In this document: in pieces, positions 12,357 through 24,909 of the stretch | How the letters are laid out: the number at the start of each line of letters is the position of its first letter | How positions within the stretch are numbered: position 1 is the stretch's first letter | Assembly (NCBI RefSeq): GCF_009914755.1 | Contig: NC_060937.1 | From: the human T2T-CHM13v2.0 reference genome, Homo sapiens | DNA: 64,000 nt | Direction: 5' to 3' (one strand) | Position numbers and translations under genes: made by a program | The notes under the pieces: generated by a model | Databases searched by the model: none | Seen by the model: the letters and a program-made list of their open reading frames with translations, nothing else | What the model was told of the DNA's origin: nothing

Positions 12357-13365
12357 TCAGCTGTGAAACCCTGCTCACCCCAGAGTTTGCTTTCTAGGAA
12401 CCTTCCAGATCCCCTGGATTTGAATTTCAAAGAGCTTTCTGAAGGGCCTAGAAGTCTATCTGTGAGCCTAGAAGTATTTAAAACAGGATGGAACATGAAG
12501 ATGATTCTCTTTCTCATCATCTGTGAAAACAATTTCTAAAATATCTCTGGTGGGTCAGGGTCATGGCCAAGGTGGGAAAAGCAATGAGTGCCTGAAACAC
12601 AGGCTTAGACCATCCCATAGGAGCATGTGCTCATCAAACCCTTGATTCAGAGTCTTGGGAGGAAGGTGTGTGGATGTGGAAGAAGCCTGGGACCCAGGGA
12701 ACAGTGTGGAAAGCGGGACCAGGAGAAGAGTGGGGAGAGGAGAGACAGTGACTCATGGGGACACCTCCACCGTTGTCTTCAGACCTTTTGCTACTAAGCA
12801 CCTTGAGTGTCCTGGGCGATGTACTGGCTCCGTGGGGTCCAACGATGCCATGACTCAGCCCCTCCCACCTGCTTCTCAGGGTCTAGTGGAGGAGTCGGTG
12901 TGAGGACTGCAACTCTTTGAAGGCATGGAACACTGTATTGTAATAAAGGTTTCATAAGTGCTCTGGGAACCCGCAGGAAGGAGAGACTAATTATATCTCG
13001 GGCCAGAGGGAAAGCCTTCACGCAGGAGAAGGAAGCTGAGTTCTTGCAGGAGACTGTTACCTAAGCCTGGGTTCTCCTCTCGGATGAAAAGCTGGGGGAA
13101 GACCGGGAGGAACAGAATTCTTTTTGGAATACTCCAGGGACTTGAAATAAACTCAGGATACTATTGGCATATGGAGACTGTCACAAACTATAAATAGAGA
13201 CCAGAAAATATATTCTGAATAGTTTCTGAATGTAGAGGAAATCTATAATCTTTGGCAGCACTGAGGCATGTTCCACTCAAGCTGGAGCACTTGGCAGGAT
13301 CCATTGACCGATCACTTTCCTTCCACAGGGAAGCTGATAAGCTCCGGAGCCTGGGGGCTGACATG

Positions 13366-13428
13366 GTGCTCAGTACTCAGTGCTCGATGCTGAGTGTTCA
13401 GTGCTCGGGGCTCAGTGTTCAGCACTCC
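13366..13428. repeat. Degenerate 7-bp tandem repeat (GTGCTCA) x9
   Basis: gtgctca gtactca gtgctcg atgctga gtgttca gtgctcg gggctca gtgttca gcactcc. Confidence 0.85.
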
Positions 13429-14809
13429 ATAGTCATATGGAGGACAGAAGACACTCTGGGATGTTAATGGTTTAATGGAATTCACAGACTTCTCAATAGC
13501 TTAAGAATATTGGACAATTATAACTTCCACTCTTCTTGTAGAGAAATCCAAAGAATACAGTTCTTTGGGCTGTAAGGGCTTTCTGCATTTTTCAGAAAAA
13601 GCAATCCTGGAATGAAAGAAACAGATGAGGGTTCTGATCCTACCTCCTCTCTGGCCTCAGTTTCCTCATCTGTACCAAGAAGGGGTGGGACCAATGAGGC
13701 ACAAATATTGCTTTCTGCGGTGACATTTTCTCAGTCTGAGCTCTATGCAGCCCAGCAGCTGTTTGCAATTACTTAGCCAGGCAGGGTATGTTCTCTCCCC
13801 GCCATACTTCTGCATCTGCCAAACTGAGTTCTTTTTTGGGGCAACATCTGCTTTTATTTCCCATGCGAAGTTGTCTCAGTTGACCACAAAAATAATTACA
13901 TACTTATTCCGAAGTAATCATTTCATCCCAAACCTTTTCAACAGGATAGCAAATTTCCCTGGGAAAGGTGACATCTCAGGAACAGAGTTGCTCTGGGGTA
14001 CCGTAAATCAGGGAGCTTACCAGTGAGTGTCCTTGACTTTGGTGTGGAGGGGGGTGGGGGAAAGGCAGAGATGACCCTGTCATTTGAGCCATGCTAGACC
14101 TGAAAATCAGCCCCTTTTCCTCCCCTCTCTTCTTTCCTTTAGTGCTGAGCCGTGGGAGTGGGGTGTGGGAGGTGACTCAGATGGAGAGCCAACTCTAATA
14201 TAAAGTTTATGGTCGCGTAGGCAAAAGGAGCAAGAGATTTTATTACAGCCAAGAGTAACAAAATTAAATACATTCTATTTCCTTTTATATGTACCTAAAA
14301 TTCATAAAATAAGAAAGTAGTAAAATGAATAAACAGTATGCTTGCAACAATATCATGTCTTTTTGAGCTCTTGTACGTAACATGACTAGGGAGGTAGGGT
14401 CCAGGGGTGGTTCAGGATGATATGAGATGCATAGTAATTTCAGGGAAGTGACTGAGGGTCTGTATAGCAGAAGACAGTACTGGAAAGATAGACTAGCTGT
14501 TAGATCTTGGATGACCTTGAATGACAGGCTGAGGCTTTGTAGTCATCCTTATGGTAATTCATCGGAGGGCTTTGAACACTCCGTTTAGTCAGATTTCATG
14601 TCTTTCTTATCTCAGACTGCCCACTGTGAGGGAGAGGGAGCACAATGTATCATCTATCCCGGGGGTGTAGTGTTCTGAGCTCTGTATACTACCTTCTTTT
14701 TCCCCATATGATGGTTTGGCATAAATGTTTTCCAGGGAACTGGAGCTTTCCTGTGTCTGGGGGTATTGTTAAACTTTTTAAAGGCAATCATTACGGAACT
14801 GATCTGTGT

Positions 14810-15120
14810 TTATTTATTTGGTTAACTAATGTATTTAACACCTACTGTGGGTCAGATACTATGTTAGCTTCAGGGATGTGACAAGTAAATTATGGTCCCA
14901 TACCTCAAGTACCTTACAGCGGGGAGAGAACCACTAAGAGATCATTATATTATAATATAGTAAGTGAGATAGGAAAACCACCAGGATTTGTGGGATTATA
15001 GAGGTTCAAAGGAAAGGCTTCTTAGAGAGATGAAATATGCCCTGCAGGTTAAAGGATAGCTAAGAATTCAGTAAACAGGTCAAGAGGGGTACAAGTGCAT
15101 TTCAGGCAGGGAGAGCAGTT
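14810..15120 (-). mobile_element. L2 fragment
   Basis: tatttaacacctactgtgggtcagatactatgttag, antisense L2 3' end. Confidence 0.6.
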
Positions 15121-16249
15121 TGGTGTGTACGGTTTTGTGTTATTAGAATGGAGTGCTTCAGAGAGAGGAAAGCAAAAGCCAGATTGTCACCCTTGGGAAC
15201 TGAAAGGAACGGGAAGAAGTGGAGGCAGGGAGTGAACAGGCCTGTTTCAATAAACATGCTGGTTCTAGAAATATGCAGAGCTAGAAAATCTCAAATCCTT
15301 CTGCAAATACCCAGAAATTCTGGAAACAATATAGCAAATAGTCCTTTTTTTTTTTTGAATGACTAGCTAGCTTTTTGTGAAAGAGAATAAATCTCTTGCT
15401 TTTAGAAACAGAGAGAAAACTAAAAACCAGAATGGTAAGCTCTTGTTTATTACCTGGGTTAGGACAGAGGAGGGCAAAGAAGGCTGTCGGTCTCTGTAGC
15501 CCAGGAACTTGGATTTTAATGTTCATTTGGCAATAGGACTTGAGGCCATGAGCTGATGAAAAAGAGCTTCAAATGAGCCAAACCCTTCCTTTAATCCAGA
15601 TGCTTAAATGGCTGTACCCTCAGCAAAAGGTTTGAGTAGGAAAATCTGTGCACTGGCACAGAAAGATAAAGGAAGCTAGTTTGTCTTTGAGTAGAGAAAA
15701 AGAGACCCTCCTTCCCCCAAATCCATAACCACAAGACCACGTTTCATCCGAGTTTTGGGTAGTAAATTTACACTACCCATATAATCCAAACCAAACTACC
15801 ACTACCCAGCAGCCAAACCAAAATTTTTTTTTTTTCATAAAACCTGGTCCTAGATTGGGGATATAGCTAGGACTCTCTGCAGGAATGAATGCAAAAATGT
15901 CCTGGAGGGAACTTGTGCATGCAGGAAAGAGCTGCTGCATATAATTTTAAATATTGGGTTACTCTACTGCTCAAAATGCTTTCTTGACTCTGTGTGTGAC
16001 TCACCAGCAAACAGTAGGACTCTTTCTCCACTTCAGTAACAGATTGTTCTGCATTGTCTTCCCAATGTTAACAGCAAACCAGTGCATTTGTATTTATTGT
16101 TTTATAGTTACGCAAAGTGCTATTACTCAGGTTCTTTTTACAGATTAATTTTGGAATTGCACAAATATTTACTAAACACTTTCCCAACAGTGCCTTGATT
16201 CCACATTCATTCCAGCTGCTTCTCTTTCTTAAAAGAGAAACTTGAAAGT

Positions 16250-17135
16250 TTCTTAAAAGCCAAACTTTTTCAAAGAATGACTTACACTCACATCTCCATT
16301 TTCTTACCTCTTATTCATGACTCAGCCCTCTTTAATCAACCTGAACAGCTCTCATCAAGATCACCACATCATTAAATCCAACGTAACTTCTTTATTTTCA
16401 TCTTACTGGCTTTCAATAGCGTTCAACCCAGTTGACGCCCCCACTTCTTCTTCAACAACCTCTTCCCTGGGCTTCCATGAAATCATTCTCTCTCTTCTCA
16501 TATGTGATCCATTATCCAGCCTGTTAACTTGCTTTCTTGGTAGTCTCTTAATTCTTTTACTACACTTCGAGCTACCTTACCTCTTGCATGGATTACTACA
16601 GTGGTTTCCTAATTGATTTCCCCTCTTTCCTCATTCACTCAAATTAGTTCTCCACCCTCCAGACAGAATAATATTTAAAAAATTAAAATCTGATCAGGTT
16701 ACTCTAGTGCTCAAAAGTATGTAATGGTTCACGATTGCTCTTAATATAAAGATCAAATGTCCTAATATGGCTTAGGAGACCCCACGAGCTCTATAGCCTA
16801 GGACTCCAGCCTCATTTTTACATACCACTCTTTGCTTCTTGCATGGCAGCACATTGGTCTTTTTTCCCCAGTCTTTCAAATTCACCATTTTTCTCTTGCA
16901 AATGCATTAGCTTTTGCACATGCATCACTTCTTGACCATCTACTAGGTCAAGGCCTACTCATCTTTAATTTTTTTTTTTAAAGAGATGAAGTCGTGCTAT
17001 GTCGCCCAGGCTGTTTTCAAACTCTTGGGCTTACATAATATCCTCTTCCCAGCCTCCTGAGTAGCTGGGACCGCAGGCACATGTCACCTACTCATCTTTC
17101 AGCTTTTACTTCAGAATTTACTTCCTAGAAGAGAA
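16250..17135 (+). mobile_element. L2 LINE relic
   Basis: Pyrimidine-rich L2 ORF2/3' motifs such as aaatctgatcaggttactc. Confidence 0.6.
16967..17086 (-). mobile_element. FLAM/Alu monomer
   Basis: 13-bp perfect TSD cctactcatcttt at 16954 and 17087. Confidence 0.9.
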
Positions 17136-17139
17136 CCAG

Positions 17140-17281
17140 CTAATCATACATGAATAATTGAATTAATTCTAAGGAATGATAGAATTAGTCAAAGACCATT
17201 CTGCAACTGCTGATATAGTAACTGATTCAAGCTATGGATCCTCAATGGATGCTGAAACCACTGGGGGAAAGGTTATTGAGA

Positions 17282-17331
<50 letters not shown>

Positions 17332-17336
17332 GAAAC

Positions 17337-17389
<53 letters not shown>

Positions 17390-17432
17390 GGGGAAAGGTT
17401 ATTGAGAAACATATATATATATAGGGAGAAAC

Positions 17433-17486
<54 letters not shown>

Positions 17487-17623
17487 GGGGGAAAGGTTAT
17501 TGAGAAATATATGTATATATCTCCTGTTTGTAATTTTTCAAAATAAAAAGTTAGGGAAAAATAGGGAAGGCAAGAAGGGTTTATGTGGTATAGGATTATA
17601 GTTGGAGTCATAATTGTGAACTC

Positions 17624-17658
<35 letters not shown>

Positions 17659-18555
17659 TATATACAATGCTATACATGGTCTCCAGGGATCTCCCCACAG
17701 ACCATCTCATATTACCAGAGGAAGATATGTTGTTACATGGAGAGGCCTGGTGGATGCCACCTTGACCAAGTGATCTCATTTAGCCTTCCTAATGGAGACA
17801 GCCTGACATGGTGTACCTCCCAGTTCATCAATAAGAAGAACACAATTTCACCAGTGAAGTCCTCTTGCCAAAAATGTTTAACCTGAATTTAATAATAATG
17901 AAATATTAGATAAACACAGAATATGAGAATTTTTACAAGATAACTGGCTGAATTCTTCAAAAGAGTCAATGTTATGAAAAATAAAGTAACAACAACAAAA
18001 AAGACAGGAGACTAAAGACTCAAGTGATTAAAAGAGATTAAAATGATTTAACCCAATGCAAATGTGCACTCGCATTGGATTATAAAACAAACAAACAAAA
18101 TCCAAGGAGATATAAAATATTTAGGACAATCAGGGAAATTTGAACATGAACTCTATATCCTCATATAAGTATATGAGTATATAAAATTCAGATATGAGTA
18201 TAACAAATATAAAATATTTAGGAAAACTGGGGAGATTTGAATATGAACTTTACAGTAGATGATATTATAGAATGATTGCTAATTTTCTCAGGGATGTTAG
18301 TGGAATAGAGGTTATGTAGGAAAGTGCCTTTGTTCTTATTAAATACATGCTGAAGTGTTAAGGGTAAACCATCGTGATATCTACAACTTACTTTCAAATA
18401 TTTCAGCCAAAAGAAAAAAAATTCTCTCTTTCAACAAACCAAACATAGCAAAATAATTGGTGAATCTAAGTGAATAGTATATCCTATATTCTTTCCTGCT
18501 CTTTGTACTATTTTTTCAACTTCTCTGTAGGCTTGTAATTTTTAAAATAAAAGTT
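17140..18555 (+). mobile_element. Old L1 3' end (L1MC4-like)
   Basis: Ends ...ttcaacttctctgtaggcttgtaatttttaaaataaaagtt. Confidence 0.7.
17263..17520. repeat. Compound tandem repeat: gggggaaaggttattgagaaa-(TA)n-gaaac-(TA)n(CA)n, about 2.3 copies
   Basis: Units start near 17263, 17389 and 17487. Confidence 0.9.
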
Positions 18556-19965
18556 AGGGAAAAATAGGGAAAGCTAGAAGGATTTAAGTGGTATAGGATT
18601 AGAGTTAGAGACACAATTATAAACTCATGTTTAGCTTAATATAGGTACAAATGGATACATCTAGAATAGTTATAGTTGTGTGTATAAACAAGGGTTATTA
18701 TGTACACATGCATCCCCCCTTGCTCTGTCATCTGGGAAGACTTAGAAACCATGACACCCCAGTAGCGATGAGCATAGCTAGCCTCTGATCTTGGTTTCTT
18801 TCTTTCCTTTTTTTCCCTTTTCCAAATGTCATCTTTTAATTGAAATCTGAAACAACTTCAACTTTTTTTTTCTTTTGGTCATAAAATCTTTCGTGGAGTT
18901 TTAAGTTATTATTCATTTTCATATCTTTCTAAGTGACCTATGCATACTTTTATGTACAAAGCCGTCTATTTTAATTGACTATATTAAGACCTGAAACTTC
19001 CAGACTAGTATAGGAGGTTCATTTTCATAGTCTCACTGTTCTTTCCAGTTAAATAAGTAGCTTCTAAAAATATCAAAAAGATGTTTGTTCTTCTCATCAA
19101 GGGAAAAAAATAAGTAAAATAAATTTCATACTCAATTAGGCAATTGTGCTAAAGGAGGAGTAATATATGAGTAGCTGAATCCATAGTATGAACAGAAGGA
19201 ACGATGCAATGAAGGACTGCAATCCAGGTCTTGGTTTCTACTAGCATTCTCCAGTAAAAGAACCAGGGCTCTTTGGAGGAACAGTTGATTCTGTGACTGG
19301 GGTAGAAAGTAAAGAAGAAAAAGAAATCTCACAATGGTGGGTGGGTGAGGGTGTCAAGGCACCACAGGAGCCGACTGAAAGAGTTCCCAATAACCAAAGC
19401 TGGGACGACTTGAGTAACAAAATCAATGTATAACCCAAAGCATAAAATAGATATCCACGAGTCCATAGTGAATAAATAATTATATAGTTAAATACCGAGG
19501 AGAGAGAATAGACATATCTCCTGTGCAGACAGCTTCCAAGTAATTGGTATAGCTACTTCACCCTCAAGAAGGTGGAGCGTAACTCCCCACTCTTTTAAGT
19601 TTTTAAGTGTGGGATTCCCAGAGTGACTTCCTTCCAAAAAGTACTGTTTGGAAAGGTGGGGAAAGAGTAACTTTACGGTGAAAAGGCTGATGGACACTAC
19701 CTCCACCAGGTGATGAGGTCAGTGTCAACAGTCATGACTCATGTTGCCATTATGTAGCCTCGATATGATGTAGTGAAGCATGAACTTTAGCTAAATAATG
19801 ATGTATCAATACATTTTATTTATTATAATAAATGTATATGTTAATGTTAGCAATAGAGATACCGGGTGTGGGGTGTACAGGAACCCTCTATTATGATCTT
19901 TGTAACTTTAAAAATAAATCTAAGACTATTCTACAATAAAAGTTATCTTAAAATATTAAAAAAAA
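18556..19965 (+). mobile_element. Old L1 3' end (L1MD/MC-like), interrupted at 18800-19223
   Basis: cttggtttcta...ttctccagtaaaagaaccagggct; ends aataaaagtt...A-rich. Confidence 0.7.
18800..19223 (-). pseudogene. 5'-truncated processed retrocopy of an unidentified transcript 3' end
   Basis: TSD ...tcttggtttct on both sides (about 18784-18799 and 19224-19239); minus-strand ATTAAA followed ~13 nt later by a decayed poly(A). Confidence 0.75.
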
Positions 19966-20770
19966 GGCGGGGGCAGATAGGAAGATGCTTACTTCTCCAG
20001 GGAAGCCTTTCCTGACTCCTGAGGGAGTCAGATTCTCATTAGGTGCTCTTGTGGCACTGGACTTTTTTCCTTTATGAACCAGCAGGCACATTTGCATCCT
20101 TCTAGAACATAAGCTCTGAGGGCAGAGGCTTGGTTTTCTTCTCCACTGTGTCTTCAGTGACTGGAATCATGCCTAGCACAGGGTAGACTCTGGATAATAT
20201 CTGTTGGGTAAATGTGTGAGAGCATGTGGGTTTTTGATTAATGACTCTCTAATCATCTATAAGTTTCATAAGGCCGGGGCTTGGCTTTGCTCACTCTCAG
20301 AGCCCGGCCAGAGTTGGAGCTCAGGAGTGCAAGATGTGTGAATAGGTGAACACCAGGTGTGTGCTGGGCATGTGGATATGATAAGCAAGACTCAGCCTGG
20401 TCTATGCTTGGCTTTGTAGGACAGAATTGGCCAAGCTGGAAAGCTGGGAAAGCCATTGTTCATAGGGGAGGAGATCTTCCTCTTGTGTGATGTCTACATA
20501 GGCTTACACACTCTCCCCAGCCAAGGAGTGAGGGAACTAGCTGTCTCTCCTCTGTGCTGGGGAAGTGGTCAGTGTAGACCACTCAGGCCCGTTAGACCTG
20601 CAGGAAATGACAATGAGTGAGAGGCCAGTTTGACGCCATGGTCAGGGCAGCCAAGACAAGAAGCAGTCATGGTCAGTGAGGAGTTACAGGCCACATGAGG
20701 GCAGGGCCCACATTTGTCTCCTTCATGGTTGTAACCTCAGGTCTAGCACAGCATCTGGTGTGGTAAATGC

Positions 20771-21165
20771 TTGTTATGGGCAGAATCATGTCTTCCCCTA
20801 AATTCACATGGAAGCCTCAACCCTCAGTACCTCAGAATGTGACTGTATTTGGAGATAGGGCCTTAAAGAGGTGATGAAGTTAAAATGAGGCTCTTGGTGG
20901 GGTCCCTGATCCAATCTGACTTGTTTCCTGATGAAGAGATTTGGACACACAGAGACACCAGAGGTGCACGCCCAGAGGAAAGACCAGGTGAGTGCACAGC
21001 CAGAGGAGGCCATCGCAAGCTAAGGAGCGAGGTCTCAGAAGAAAGCAATCCTGCTGCAGCTTGCTCTTGGACTTCCAGCCTCCAGAGCCGTGAGAAAATA
21101 TATTCCTATTGTTGAAGCCGCCCAGTCTGTGGTATTTGCTCATGGCAGCCTGAGCTGAGGAAGGC
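20771..21165 (+). mobile_element. MaLR LTR (MLT1B-like)
   Basis: tgttatgggcagaat...cctcagaatgtgactgtatttggagataggg...aagccgcccagtctgtggtatttg. Confidence 0.85.
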
Positions 21166-21234
21166 AGTGCCGTGTAGACACCAAGGAAGTGACCCAGTGC
21201 TGAGGCTGTGGACCTGTGCTCCAGAGGTCTAGGG

Positions 21235-21410
21235 CAGCCTTCCTAAAGTATTTCTTCTTGCACTTTAAATGCCTGCAGACCACCCGGGGCTCTTGTTAGA
21301 AGTGGGATTTCTGGTTTCCAAGGTCTGGGATGGTACCTGAGCTGTTGGATGTCTGATGAAGTCCCAGGGGAAGCATCAGGTCTGTGGGCCACAATTTGAG
21401 CAGCAGGGTT
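21235..21410. mobile_element. MER5A-like MITE
   Basis: ggtctgggatggtacctgag...gggccacaatttgagcagca. Confidence 0.6.
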
Positions 21411-23149
21411 TGGGGAGCACTAGCTTAGGAGTCCTAGAGTCCCGAGGTTTGTCTTTGAATTGGACCATCTTTGGTGACTTTAGAAGAATATGGTGGAACT
21501 TATTCAAATTCAATTCAGCAATTACTTTGAGCAGTTTTTCACATCAGACTCTGCCAGCCTGTGTGCCCCTCCGGAACACCGGGGGGAGGGGAGAGGTGGC
21601 AAGACAAGGGCCTGCCCACACCCCAGGCTGTCTTTCGTCGAGGAGAGCCAATTTTATTCCACTGCAGGTATAAAGGATGAGGTCTGCCCATCAGTCATGC
21701 AGAGCCGCTAGGGAGACAACTTTTTCATCAAAGCTTAAGAAAAACTAGATGAGTTTTTGAAAAGAGTGGGAGGCAACTGGGAGTTATTTGTTGATGTCGG
21801 CGACCTTGGTAATTTCAAATGAGATTCTCTTTCATTTTTGTGCCCTTGGGTCAGGCTCCTTCTGCCGAGGCATCATTCTCCTCCCATACCTTGCCTGCTA
21901 GGATGCTGGGCTGACCATCAGGGGTCAAAGTCAAGCGTGTCCCCCCCGGGGTCATTTTAATACACCTTTCTCTCCGCAGAAGCAATCAAGACTCCTTGAG
22001 GAACAATGGCATGAAGAGTTTCTAGTGCTCATGTGAATAAATAACCCAGTCTTCACGTGGCTCATTTTCCAAAGCTCCAGGAAAACAATTTGTGATGAAA
22101 ATTAGGTCTGAGCCATTGCTGAGAATTACAAGATGGTGGCATTTTTATTATTATTCTTTAATAAATCTATAAATAACCTAAAAAAACCCAAGTGACTTGG
22201 TCATCCCAAGAGGGCAGAGTCTGGGCTCCCTTGGATTGCTCTAGTGAGCTGGGTCAGGCTGGAAGAGCAGAGCTTTGAAGGGTGCAGGCCAGGCCTGGGG
22301 AGAGGCCTGCAGCAGATCCTGCAGGAAGGGGGCCCTCTCTGTGGAACATTTTGGGTAGAAGCTAGGATTTCTGTAAGGAGTTATTTGTAGAGGGTGCTGG
22401 GCCCTTTGAGTTTTTGTTTTTCTTTCAATAGAAAGGACCCACAACCACAGTATCTGCTTTAGAGTAGAGCCAGTCTCTTGGCCCCTAGGAGGGTGCCCCT
22501 GGCACCGTGGGCCTGGGAGCAGAAATGCCCTCCACTGCCTCTGCTCTAAACACAGCCTGCAGCTTCTTCCCAGAGCACAGGGAGAGTCCCGAGATCCACC
22601 CCTTGCTTGTCACTGCCCCTTGGTGGGATTCTGTTCAGAGAAGTCCATTAGAACAAATTCAGGGTTCTGAGACCTGGCCTTCCCTCATTTAAAAAAGCCT
22701 GACAGCTTTCACCCTTTTTCCTGGCTCATAGTGACATGCCAATTTAGGTGTCAGGCAGGTGCAGTTTCATCCAGAGACTGGGTTCAGGATGTAAGGCTCT
22801 GCCCAAATTATACCTCAGCGACTCGTGGAAGGGGCAAATCAATCACCAGAAACACCAACTAAGGGCAACTAATTTAGCTGTATATTTAATGTACAATCTG
22901 GACATTGCCAAATAGACTCCATCACTGCTGCGGCTCCTCTGCCTTCTTGTCTTTGCTGTTATTATCACTATTATTATTATCACACCTCCTCTTCCTGGCT
23001 CATCAAATGAAAGCTGTCTCTCCTACCAGCCAAGGCTAGTTACTCCACCTGTGGTTCAGACCTCCCTGCCCTCATCCGTCATCTCCAGGAGCGTGATCCT
23101 CTCCTGTATCTTCAGCTCCTTCATCCTATGCAGGCTGCCTCGTCTCTTT

Positions 23150-23644
23150 GTCATCGTTAAACTGAGTTATTTCCCTGCTTTTTCTTGGTTGGAAAGAAAG
23201 AATATCCAATTGGGGAAAACAGGCAAGCAGGATTTATTCTCTGGCTAGAGAAGGAGGAGTGAGCACTTGCTCCCAAGACACCTCCTCCTCCCGGAGCTGT
23301 GAGGAGCTGGGGAATTTTAAGGAGTTAGATAGGGGGTGGGAGGTTTGTATGTGCAGGGAGGAACTTTAGACGCGCAGGCGCAGATCATGAGCATGATCCT
23401 TCCTAGGGGGCATGTTCAGGAAATGGCGGCCATATTCTTCTAGACGTGGGGATTTTAATATTATAATGACGTGTTAATGATCTGAAGGTCACAGGAGTCG
23501 CTGGTTCTGGGTCGCTCTGGTTTTGAGCAGGCCTTCTCTTCCTCTGATGATGGCAAAGGGTCCTGAAGCTCCCGGCCCACCTGGAGTCTTTGTAAATGAG
23601 CATAGCTAGAGATTGAGGGACTAAAATAGACTGTTTAAGAGACA
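23150..23644 (-). mobile_element. Probable ERV1 (MER4-group) solo LTR
   Basis: Antisense poly(A) signal (tttatt), LTR-like layout, CA end; subfamily uncertain. Confidence 0.5.
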
Positions 23645-24299
23645 ATACGGAGCCTTCTCAGCTACCTACTGCTTCAGAAAATAATGAGCTTTTTCAGCTG
23701 TGCTACCTTCTCAACTATTTCTCCAGGACTGCTCTGGTAACATCTGGAAAAGCCTCCGTGCTGGTGACAATGTCAGGGACAGGAAGGCCGAGTTTCTGGT
23801 GCCTGGTGGTTAACAGTGACATTGATGGTGGTTTCCTCAGCAGGATAATTCTGCAGAATGGTTTGGGTATTGTTCTAGAAGCAGCCTTGAGTCTATTTCT
23901 CCAACTCACTTTCTAGCACATTCCATTATTTCAGTGAATGAACACTCACCTTTATCAGCAACTTCTGCCCCTTAGCATATAATCAGGCACACATCTTGAC
24001 TGTCTTAAACATCTTTCCTCAGCCCTATATCTTCCTCCAACTAGCCTTCATTGCAGCCAACCATCTTAAAAGCTTCAGTTGTTGTTTCTGCTACCTCACC
24101 CTCTACTTGACTTACCTATCCCACAACAGTTGAGATCTTGCCCTCACCAATCTATGGAAATCACTCTCACTGACCACTTTGTCACTGAGTACTTTGTCAT
24201 CAAATTCAGTGGGGGCTTCTGGGATTTCCCAGTTCTTGTCATACTGGACTATCATAGCATGGAATAGCATAGATTGCCTCATTCCTTCCAGCATTTCAT

Positions 24300-24890
24300 C
24301 TTACTGTATCCATCAGAAGGCAGTGCAAGCTGTAGAAAGCTTCTTCTGTAGTTACTCTTCTTAGGAAATACCATCTAGCAGGTTTTCCTCTCCTCTGTGT
24401 AAGTGAAACCACCTCCTAAAAACCTCTTCACCTGAATGACCACCTCACCTTCTAGGTAGTTTTCTTTCCTCAAGTTGTCTGTCATAGATATACAGGGAAT
24501 CATGTGCTTGCAAAGCCACTGGGAGAGCTGCAGGAGCAGAAGTAGGGATGCCACTGCCAGGATAGAGCTTCAAAGTTACCACTGCAGGTGCAATCAGAGC
24601 AAGAAAATTGCTGTGATCATCACTGCCACCTTCACAGACACCGAGGCTCACAAAGCCAGTGCCTAGACAGGAGAATCTGGCCTCTGCCACACTGGCATAT
24701 ATTAGAGCTTGCCTGTTGGCCAGCTCTAGGGCTGAAGGAAGGCCTTTGTCTCCCATCCACTTTCCTGGTATATCTTATCGGTAGAACCTAAGTTACATAG
24801 AATCTAGCTGCAAGGGAGTCTGAAAATACAGCTATTAGTCTTTTAGCCTCTGTAATACAGAATAACACAGCAGGGAGTGAGATGCCAAGG
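24300..24890 (-). mobile_element. Old MaLR LTR (MLT1K/L-like)
   Basis: gaacctaagttacat...ctagctgcaagggagtctgaaaa motif. Confidence 0.5.
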
Positions 24891-24909
24891 GCGAGCTGAT
24901 TAGACCCAG

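Noticed and set aside
17263-17520. Repeat-spacer pattern resembling a CRISPR array
   Set aside because: Spacers are TA/CA microsatellites, the repeat is L1-derived, the DNA is primate and there are no cas genes
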